Origin: Lytechinus pictus
Taxonomy: Eukaryota
Reading direction: 5' to 3'
DNA length: 64,000 nt
NCBI RefSeq assembly: GCF_037042905.1
Contig: NC_087245.1
Span: 1,986,001 to 2,050,000 of the forward strand
A program made the translations under genes and the position numbers. The notes below the pieces were generated by a model. It saw only the letters and a program-made list of their open reading frames with translations, was not told where the DNA came from and searched no databases. The number at the start of each line of letters is the position of its first letter. Position 1 is the first letter of the stretch. Of the stretch, positions 26,042 through 38,000 are shown piece by piece.

Positions 26042-29000
26042 CTGATGAAAAGAATAGTATAGACCAATTTAACTCAAACAAATATGGAAACATAATAGGC
26101 AAATATGATGTTCAATATAATAATGAACTCTTTGATTGTGGGCATAAATGGATAAAAAAGACAATAGAAATCACACACAACATTGCCACTGTTTAAATTT
26201 TTTAGATTTATTTAACATTTTTTTTCATTCCTTATTATTCACTTGAAACATTTCGATTTTTTTCTACAAGCCAAAAGATGATGTTTCATGTGTCAAAATA
26301 CTTAACTAAAAAAGATTCATGACCACCCCCCCCCCCTTCGCCTCCAACCTGTAAATACCAGACCCTTTTAAGTTGTTGAATATTTCCATGTATAACTAAA
26401 TCGATGTAGCAAAACTTTGAGAGTTGAATTCTTACCGTGAGGTCATAAAGGTGTCACCAGTCTGTCCTAACCTACTTGTGGTATATGTGAATGTACTACT
26501 GGTATGAGCAAAACCTTTACTTGGGTACGTAGCACCTAAAATAAGGATTATGAGTGGAAGAATTATGACCATGTATATGAATTATGTAACTGAAGAAATC
26601 ACAGAGCATCAAATATAAACAGGTCGATTCTACATTCACAACATTCTACATATTCACAACTGAAAGACTGTACAAGAATATTAATTTTACACCAAATAAC
26701 CTTGTGAAAATTCAAACTAATCAATATATACAATAATTTATCTCTTGAATATGGTTAAATTTGCTTAATCATGCACCTGACTAAGATTGTTGAACTCTTA
26801 TGAAAAAAAAATTTTGTTTCTCTTGAATAGTATTGCAACGGTGTATACAAAAGGAACCTGCCCATTAAGGCTATGTGCATAAAAATGCTTAGCAACCCTT
26901 ATTTAGCCAATATCATTATTGATGGCTATTTACATAATAACAAAAAATACAATCAATGATATGTCTGAATGATACAGAAATAATTGCATTTAAATACAAC
27001 TAAGAAAAGTATCATACATAAATCTCACATGCATGCTATTGATTAGATGAAAATCCAAGTTGCATTTAGTTGCAAGTTTCCTTTCTGGCATATGCCCCTA
27101 ACTACCTAATTTCTGATGACAAATAAACAATATTCAAAGAATATCACAAATTATCTATCAGTTGAAAATACTTACTCTGGACACAACCATCATCCTCTAT
27201 CTCATCCAAGAAACTATCTCTTCTGGTATCAATCTCTCTGAAACCTTTGACGACTACTCCTGGTCTTGAGTCTAACATACTGGCTATGTGAGGGGTTGCA
27301 AGGCGCTGCCAATGGTGTAGGGCCATAGATCCTGATAAATGAATGCAGTAAAAGATAGGAGAAATGTTTTGAGAGGAAGATGAGGTGAGAGAAATGGAGA
27401 GGGGGAGAAGAGGAGAAAGAAAGGGTAAGAGAAAAGAGAGAGAGAGACATTACTAGATAATATAAATGTGCATGATCCACATTTTGTCATTCCTATTCAA
27501 TCCAAAGTAAATTTCACAGGCTCAAAAGAAAATGCCATTCAAATCTCATCCAAATTCACTTTAAAAGATTGTCTAAATCTTTATCACTGACAAAGTCCAC
27601 AGGTATATGGGGTAAATGTCATGTACAGAGCATTCTCATGATTTTATACAGCAGCAACAATTTGTGTGATTCTGTTAAATTTTACACACACTTAACCAGT
27701 TGCTTTCTGGAATCAGGTGTTCCCTATACAAAGCTTAAAGGAATGACAAAATAAATCAGGGATGCCACTAGGTGTCCTCCAAAAATACTGAAACTCATCG
27801 CGAGCAGGGACAGTGTCCAAGAACAGTGAATTGGGGCATTGGCGGCGGAAGCCAAAAAATTTAGGGGGGTCCACCTTAAATTTTGGGATGGACACAGGTA
27901 AAAATTTGGACAAGCAAGCAAGCAAAAAAATATGAAAAGAAAAAAAATAACAAAATAAAAAATAGAGGGAGGGGGGGTCCGTCCCCCCACCTCAAATTTA
28001 GGGGGGAGGACCAAGTGGCTCCCTGGGTTACGTATCAGCATGCAGCAGTAACGTTAGATCTAACATTCGGCGGAAACCCAATTTTTGGATCGTTTTTGTT
28101 ACATAAAATGTCACATTATAAAAAAATAATTACATCCAAATTCATGAGAAAATATATGAAATTCAGAAACATCGCACCTTAGACCGCAGTTACCGCTAAT
28201 TCCTTTCAAATGATGATCAAAACTTAGTCATCCTCGATCCTTTCGTTGGTCATCGTAAGTTGCCATCATGGATGACGTCATCATCTTTACGGTCGTATTT
28301 AATACCAGTCGCTATTATATCGCGATTCGTGCCGCTTGCTTTACGCTTGTCTATGTGCGTGCGTTCGGAACTTGCCGCTCGCATTGATTGGCCAGGATAT
28401 CGAGAATTCCAATCGGAAAGCCTTGATAAAAGCATAACTCAATGAACGTAGTGGGCGGTGCGCGCGTTTATAAATTATGTACTGTATAAAAGCAAATATC
28501 TCGGGGAAATATCTCTCACTCGGTCGATCGACATGCATCACAATCGAGAGAGAGGGGGAAAAGGGAGGACTTTCCGACTTTTTTTAATACACAGAAAACA
28601 GGAAAAGTCAGAAATACGGAAATAAGACGGACAACAGGGAAAAAGACGGAATTCCGTATAAAGACGGAAAAGTGGCATCCCTGATAAATAATCAATGAAT
28701 TGATTTCCTAAATATAAAGACATTAAGATGACATCAATGACCCACCTTCCATTGGTTTGACTATCTGTAATTTCTCAGGCATGTATGCCCTGAATGACTG
28801 GCCTCCTCCTGCTCCACCTATTGGTACAGTTGATCCAGACAATCCTGACAACATACTATCAGGACTAGGACAGGTAGGTGAATTCATGTGGAGCTCAGCA
28901 TAGTCTTTCTCTGCAGTCTCATTCTCTCGTCTTAGTTTGAGACGTCTGAGAGCGGTTGCAAGGTCGTTGGATCCTGGGATACAGGATACGGGAGGATGAA

Positions 29001-32000
29001 GTCCGGAGCTGGGCAGGAGAGAGGAGAGAGAAAAACAAATGATCATGAAATCGGTTATTTGTACTTTTTTTCCTATTATTTTCTGCACCATAAGCTTACC
29101 ATTGGTGATTACTGCACCATCAACTGTAAAGTCAGAGATACACTTTATGTCTACTCCCCTCACATACTTCTTGGACATACTGCAATAGTTTAAAGCTAAA
29201 ATGCCGTCATCAGAATTATACAAAGTTGTTACGGTGTTAATATCAGAGTATCTACTCTCCATGCTTTTTAAATTAAGGGAGAAATTTTTTTTCTACCTAC
29301 CCATGTGAGCTGTTGATACTTTCACTATCACCTCCATACATCTCACTCCCAACCAGAGATATTACAGAGCTAGATGGACAATAGTCTTTTCTACCTACCC
29401 ATGTGAGCTGTTGATACTCTCACTATCACCTTCATACATCTCACTCCCAACCAGAGATATTACATAGCTAGATGGACAATAGTCTTTTCTACCTACCCAT
29501 GTGAACTGTTGATACTTTCACTATCACCTCCATACATCTCACTCCCAACCAGAGATATTACAGAGCTAGATGGACAATAGTCTTTTCTACCTACCCATGT
29601 GAACTGTTGATACTCTCACTATCACCTTCATACATCTCACTCCCAACCAGAGATATTACATAGCTAGATGGACAATAGTCTTTTCTACCTACCCATGTGA
29701 ACTGTTGATACTTTCACTATCACCTCCATACATCTCACTCCCTACCAGAGATATTACAGAGCTAGATGGACAATAGTCTTTTCTACCTACCCATGTGAAC
29801 TGTTGATACTTTCACTATCACCTCCAGACATCTCACTCCCAACCAGAGATATTACAGAGCTAGATGGAGAATAGTCTTTTCTACCTAACCATGTGAAATG
29901 TTGATACTCTCACTATCACCGTCATACATCTCACTCCCTACCAGAGATATTACAGAGCAAGATGGACAATAGTCTTTTCTACTTACCCATGTGAACTGTT
30001 GATACTCTCACTATCACCTCCATACATCTCACTCCCAACCAGAGATATTACATAGCTAGATGGACAATAGTCTTTTCTACCTACCCATGTGAACTGTTGA
30101 TACTCTCACTATCACCTCCACACATCTCACTCCCAACCAGAGATATTACTGAGCTAGATGGACAATAGTCTTTTCTACCTACCCATGTGAACTGTTGATA
30201 CTCTCACTATCACCTCCATACATCTCACTCCCAACCAGAGATATTACATAGCTAGATGGACAATAGTCTTTTCTACCTACCCATGTGAACTGTTGATACT
30301 CTCACTATCACCTTCATACATCTCACTACCAACCAGAGATATTACATAGCTAGATGGACAATAGTCTTTTCTACCTACCCATGTGAGCTGTTGATACTCT
30401 CACTATCACCTTCATACATCTCACTACCAACCAGAAATATAACATAGCTAGATGGACAATAGTCTTTTCTACCTACCCATGTGAGCTGTTGATACTTTCA
30501 CTATCACCTCCATACATCTCACTCCCTACCAGAGATATTACAGAGCTAGATGGACAATAGTCTTTTCTACTTACCCATGTGAACTGTTGATACTTTCACT
30601 ATCACCTTCATACATCTCACTCCCTACCAGAGATATTACAGAGCTAGATGGACAATAGTCTTTTCTACCTACCCATATGAACTGTTGATACTTTCACTAT
30701 CACCTTCATACATCTCACTCCCAACCAGAGATATTACAGAGCTAGATGGACAATAGTCTTTTCTACCTACCCATATGAACTGTTGATACTTTCACTATCA
30801 CCTTCATACATCTCACTACCAACCAGAGATATTACAGAGATAGATGGACAATAGTCTTTTCTACCTACCCATATGAACTGTTGATACTTTCACTATCACC
30901 TTCATACATCTCACTCCCAACCAGAGATATTACAGAGCTAGATGGACAATAGTCTTTTCTACCTACCCATGTGAGCTGTTGATACTCTCACTATCACCTT
31001 CACACATCTCACTCCCAACCAGAGATATAACATAGCTAGATGGACAGTAGTCTTTTCTACATACCCATGTGAGCTGTTGATACTTTCACTATCACCTCCA
31101 TACATCTCACTCCCTACCAGAGATATTACAGAGCTAGATGGACAATAGTCTTTTCTACTTACCCATGTGAACTGTTGATACTCTCACTATCACCTCCATA
31201 CATCTCACTACCAACCAGAGATATTACAGAGCTAGATGGACAATAGTCTTTTCTACCTACCCATGTGAGCTGTTGATACTCTCACTATCACCTTCATACA
31301 TCTCACTACCAACCAGAGATATTACAGAGCTAGATGGACAATAGTCTTTTCTACCTACCCATGTGAACTGTTGATACTCTCACTATCACCTTCATACATC
31401 TCACTCCCAACCAGAGATATTACAGAGCTAGATGGACAATAGTCCTTTCTACTTACCCATGTGAACTGTTGATACTCTCACTATCACCTCCATACATCTC
31501 ACTCCCAACCAGAGATATTACATAGCTAGATGGAGAATAGTCTTTTCTACCTACCCATGTGAACTGTTGATACTTTCACTATCACCTCCATACATCTCAC
31601 TCCCAACCAGAGATATTACATAGCTAGATGGACAATAGTCTTTTCTACCTACCCATGTGAACTGTTGATACTCTCACTATCACCTTCACACATCTCACTC
31701 CCTACCAGAGATATTACAGAGCTAGATGGACAATAGTCTTTTCTACCTACCCATGTGAAATGTTGATACTCTCACTATCACCTTCATACATCTCACTCCC
31801 AACCAGAGATATTACAGAGCTAGATGGACAATAGTCTTTTCTACCTACCCATGTGAACTGTTGATACTTTCACTATCACCTTCATACATCTCACTCCCAA
31901 CCAGAGATATTACAGAGCTAGATGGACAATAGTCTTTTCTACTTACCCATGTGAACTGTTGATACTTTCACTATCACCTTCATACATCTCACTCCCTACC

Positions 32001-35000
32001 AGAGATATTACAGAGCTAGATGGACAATAGTCTTTTCTACCTACCCATATGAACTGTTGATACTTTCACTATCACCTTCATACATCTCACTCCCAACCAG
32101 AGATATTACAGAGCTAGATGGACAATAGTCTTTTCTACCTACCCATATGAACTGTTGATACTTTCACTATCACCTTCATACATCTCACTACCAACCAGAG
32201 ATATTACAGAGCTAGATGGACAATAGTCTTTTCTACCTACCCATATGAACTGTTGATACTTTCACTATCACCTTCATACATCTCACTCCCAACCAGAGAT
32301 ATTACAGAGCTAGATGGACAATAGTCTTTTCTACCTACCCATGTGAGCTGTTGATACTCTCACTATCACCTTCACACATCTCACTCCCAACCAGAGATAT
32401 AACATAGCTAGATGGACAGTAGTCTTTTCTACATACCCATGTGAGCTGTTGATACTTTCACTATCACCTCCATACATCTCACTCCCTACCAGAGATATTA
32501 CAGAGCTAGATGGACAATAGTCTTTTCTACTTACCCATGTGAACTGTTGATACTCTCACTATCACCTCCATACATCTCACTACCAACCAGAGATATTACA
32601 GAGCTAGATGGACAATAGTCTTTTCTACCTACCCATGTGAGCTGTTGATACTCTCACTATCACCTTCATACATCTCACTACCAACCAGAGATATTACAGA
32701 GCTAGATGGACAATAGTCTTTTCTACCTACCCATGTGAACTGTTGATACTCTCACTATCACCTTCATACATCTCACTCCCAACCAGAGATATTACAGAGC
32801 TAGATGGACAATCGTCCTTTCTACTTACCCATGTGAACTGTTGATACTCTCACTATCACCTCCATACATCTCACTCCCAACCAGAGATATTACATAGCTA
32901 GATGGAGAATAGTCTTTTCTACCTACCCATGTGAACTGTTGATACTTTCACTATCACCTCCATACATCTCACTCCCAACCAGAGATATTACATAGCTAGA
33001 TGGACAATAGTCTTTTCTACCTACCCATGTGAACTGTTGATACTCTCACTATCACCTTCACACATCTCACTCCCTACCAGAGATATTACAGAGCTAGATG
33101 GACAATAGTCTTTTCTACCTACCCATGTGAAATGTTGATACTCTCACTATCACCTTCATACATCTCACTCCCAACCAGAGATATTACAGAGCTAGATGGA
33201 CAATAGTCTTTTCTACCTACCCATGTGAACTGTTGATACTTTCACTATCACCTTCATACATCTCACTCCCAACCAGAGATATTACAGAGCTAGATGGACA
33301 ATAGTCTTTTCTACCTACCCATGTGAACTGTTGATACTCTCACTATCACCTCCATACATCTCACTCCCTACCAGAGATATTACATAGCTAGATGGACAAT
33401 AGTCTTTTCTACCTACCCATGTGAGCTGTTGATACTCTCACTGTCACCTTCACACATCTCACTCCCAACCAGAGATATTACTGAGCTAGATGGAGAGACT
33501 GGACGGCTATAGAAATCACTGCTGTAACCTGAGCCTGGACTATTATGACTTCTCTTATTCACAACCTTCACTGTCTTCATCACATTCTTGTTGTATTCCC
33601 TGAAGAAAAAATGATGTAATAATTTTCTTGAAGATTGTATCACTAATTTGCCTTTGATTTAGCTATAACATATGGCTTTTAAATGCATGTTAGGGGAGTA
33701 GCTCATGAAGCAACTTTTCACTGGCAACTGTTATAAGCTACTGGAATCCTTGCATCTGATTGGCTTAGAACAAATTTTTCACTGAAAATCACAGACAATA
33801 TGCTTGGTGAAACACTCCCCATGACATGAATTTATGATTGAGATAGATGAACTCTATATCATACGATTGATAATTATCACTAATAGGTCTTGGCTTAGAT
33901 TGCACACGTGTTGGGGGACTAGTCAATCCATCACCCCCCCCCCCCCCATTCTAAATCTGCATCGCCCTGAATGTGTATGTCTTGAACTTGAATTGAAATT
34001 TGAAAATACATGGAAATAGATTAATCAAATATATAAAAACATTGTAATTGGTTTAAGATCATTACTTGCATTATGCTGCACTCAACCCAGGTGAGTTAAA
34101 TGGGTACCCAGCAGTACCTCCTGTACCTCAGAATACAGTGGTGCTCAAAAGTTAGTGAACCCCACCAGAAAATGAACATATTCAAAGTGTTAAGTTCTGT
34201 CATGTTTTAGATAATTAATTGTGAAGTCAGGTGATAATATATTACATTCAATAAAGTTTGTTTCTCTGGGTTTGCCGAACATTGTAGTGTTGTTATCTAT
34301 ATTCCACACTCAGCATGAAGGAGAGTATTTTATGGTGGGTTCACCAACTTTTGAGCACAACTGTAGATGATATCTAAATAAACAAAATAAAATCTATATA
34401 AATGCCTATTCTTATTATAATTATCTGTTGTTTTCAGTGCCATTTGTCTTTCATACATCAGCATTTCCCATGTGTAATAAATGCATATCTAAATACCTTT
34501 TCCCTTTCTTTGAGAGGTGAGGGTCTTTCTCTAATCTTTGCTCTACACAATCCACGAGCTCAGCTGCTAAGGAATCCTGAAGGGTGAAACAAAATACGAA
34601 ATAAATTCTCTCATTTTTAACTTACAGACCAATTAACAACAAAGGTATAAAATATCACGGCTGTAAACCTAATTCACTCACAAACACAACATTAATCTAC
34701 AAAAGGTAGAACAAACATCAAGGACAAAATAGTTCAAAATAGTTCAGTTTACCAATATTATTAAATTTCATGAAAGAAATGTATTTTGCCATCATGTTAG
34801 TGATTATGTTTGTTCTCCTCTTCCTCAACAGCCCAACTAGTGGACCGAGTGGACAAATATATAGATAAATGCATTATTAAAGATTATTTCATTTGATTTT
34901 GTGGTCTATAATATTTCAACACTATTATTTATTGAAAGTGCTATTTGGTGAATAAATAACAAATTGAATATAAATACTTGATTTTCATAAGGATATTAAC

Positions 35001-38000
35001 TGATATCGAGTTTATGGAATGAAATTCTTGATGCAAAACTCACAAAAATTTATACATTCTGAGATTCCATGAAAAAAAATTGCTTGATTACTCATATAAA
35101 ATAGATGTGAGGTATACCCCCCCTAAATTTTTTTTCTCTCTCTTCTTCATGTAGAGGTTTCTTCCATTCAACGTTGTTCATAAAATCAAATAAAAAATGG
35201 AACAATGTCTAATTGTTGTACATAAGCAATAATGGGAGGCTGAAGGCGCAACATTTGTGCCTTTGCATGGCTTGATAATTGATGTCACACTATGATTCAA
35301 TTCATTGCTCTGAGTAAATAAATACTGATGCAATACGCGTAAGGCATACTAACACACTGCTGCTGTAGATCATGATGATGTGCGCTTGAATCACAGAGAG
35401 ATTTTTTTCATTTGCTTTCAATAATTCTTTCATAATTTCATGGATTAATGTTGGAAAAAATCATATTTTCGCTAACTTCCAAAGCATTGTACAACACTTT
35501 GTCCTTATGCGAAATCTCGCACCATCACACTCATGCCTATTTGCTATTTGTATATTGGCTTATCATCATCACAGATCTGGCAAAAGTCCAAAACAAATTA
35601 AGTACATTGTAGAGTGTTTACATCAGAAATTAACTACATCATTGAGGAGAAACTGGAACATGCTTATCTTTTAAGAGCAAAACATGACGCCATGTCCTAT
35701 TAAGGGGATTTTTTTATCTCCTTGATCTGATATCAAAAGGTGAGACCAACAATTTTCACAAAGTTTTCTTTTTGCTGTCTTTTTTTCAGTTTTGAAATGG
35801 AAAGTCAAACAACTCGTTGCCTTCCCGCATAAAGGCCGTTAGCATCGCCTTCCCACACAAAGGCCGTTAGCGCGCACTGCATGTTGCCATTCCACGGAAG
35901 GGTCGTTATCGTGCAGTGAACAGTACGGCCTTTGTGCGGGAAGGTGACGCGCAGTCCACGCTAACGGCCCTTTCGCGGGAAGGCGACACGCAGTGCGCGC
36001 AAATGGCCTTTGTGCGGGAAGGCGACGAACTGGCCCTATCTTTAAAGAATAGATGAGAGTATCAATCAAGACACAATTAAGATTAATCTCTAATTTGTGA
36101 TTGATCAACATTACAGACATGATCTTGGTGTGGTAATAAATACCAAACCATTAAAAACCTTTCGACTAAAAAGTGGATGCAGTCAAGAAATAATATATAT
36201 ATTAAAAATATGCATTTCTTGAAAAGTACATTGAACAGTTATAAACTACACATACAGTGTACCAATTACAAAAAAGCAACAAGAGACTCTGTGCAAAATT
36301 ATATCCGAATGCCATTCTTACTCTAAAACTGTTTCAAAGTGGAGACCCAAACCAAACATTTCAACAAGTATGGTCTTATCTTCTTCAGAAGAAGGTAAAT
36401 TCTTCGAAAGTAAATTTCGTGAAACATATGAAATACATTTACAATCAGAACATATCAGTGTACAGGGACACCACTTAAAATCAATCTAAATGCTTTATGT
36501 AGAATGAGTTCTGGCATAGATCTTTGAAATGAAAATAGGTTACTAGGGCCTGAATTCAGTAAAATTTTGCATTATGGAACATTACTAGCAATGATATAGA
36601 TCCTCATTACTCACTTCAGTCACATATGAGAATGTAAACTATAAAATTGTTTTATTGACATGATGCATGCTATAAAGGAACTGAACTAAACAATTATTAT
36701 GTTGACTAGTTCTTAATGTCAGAATCACTAACAGAATGACAAAAGTACACATCATTAAATATATGTACTGTGGTGACATACTTCATCTCCTTCTTGAAAT
36801 GAGATCTATAAGTTCTATGAAACATTAGAAAAGTGCTCCTGAATACTATTTCTGGATATGGAAGCAATTTCATCATGGGTGAAGTTGTTCGACTTGATAA
36901 AACTTGCATCCACATTTGACAAATGGCTCCAAGTCAAATACATGTAGGGTATTAAGGGCACGGTTATTCAGTGGTAGAGCGCCTGCCTCATGAACTAGAG
37001 GTGGTAGGTTCGATCCCTGGCCAGCAATACCAAAGACTTTAAAAAAGGGACCTGTTTTACTTAAAGCCACCAGCTTATAGCTGAAGTGGCTACCCTGGGT
37101 AAGTGAGAGTTATTATTGTTGTTGTTATTAATATAATCATATCATCATTATCATAAAGATCAAAACCTTTTATTTCAAGTTGTTGCTTTGAAAGAGTCTG
37201 AATGAGTTGCTCAGATACTTTTGAATTTCACTACTCTGCTGAAAAGTTCAGACATTTTTCTTCTTTCTTCATACTTACAAATCTCAGAGAGTAGCCATAA
37301 TTTTAAGAGAGACTGTTCAATGCATTCAACAAATGTACAATGTAGGTGTTAGACCAATGGTAAACACCTGTTGATATTTACATCGCAATTAAAAAATTAC
37401 TTCTGGTGGGTGTTTCATAGAGCTGTTCGTAAGTTAAGAATGACTTTAAGAACGACTGGTGATCCTTTCTTATTGTAAATGGTATAATCATTGGCAATGG
37501 TTTAGCGCGTAAGAAGGATCACCAGTCGTTCGTAAAGTCGCTCTTAACTTACAAACAGCTTTATGAAACGGCCCCTGGTATGTAATGAATTGCAGTTTAC
37601 ACATGTTCAGTTCAGGTCACTTCAGTCTATTTCAATTATAACTACAATAACATACACAAGTGTAATTAAAACCAAAAAAAATGCTTTTGGAAATCACGAG
37701 GGAAAGGGAGACTAAAGGAAAGTTTGCAAAACTTTTTCTAGGGCATGGTTCAATATTTGGTTGACGCAGGTAGGGTCATGGTGAATAACTTCACATCACC
37801 TTGTCAAGTATATCCACTCCATCTTTAAGTATGATTATACATACATAATTATACATATGACACATCACCACGGACATACATTACATCACAGCTCAGTGAC
37901 GCACAACCCAATACCTACTTTGCATTATGCTCTAAAGAGCTTGAATATTACAAGACAATGACATAGCATGAATTGTTTTGAGCCAATGGGAACATGACTG

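Noticed and set aside
29293..33495. CRISPR array or continuous repeat ORF
   Set aside because: There are no unique spacers and the context is eukaryotic. The 98-bp period is not 3n and read-through meets TAG, so it could code only via splicing.
36956..37030. tRNA gene (also at 39465)
   Set aside because: The cloverleaf is incomplete and continues into a SINE body and tail.
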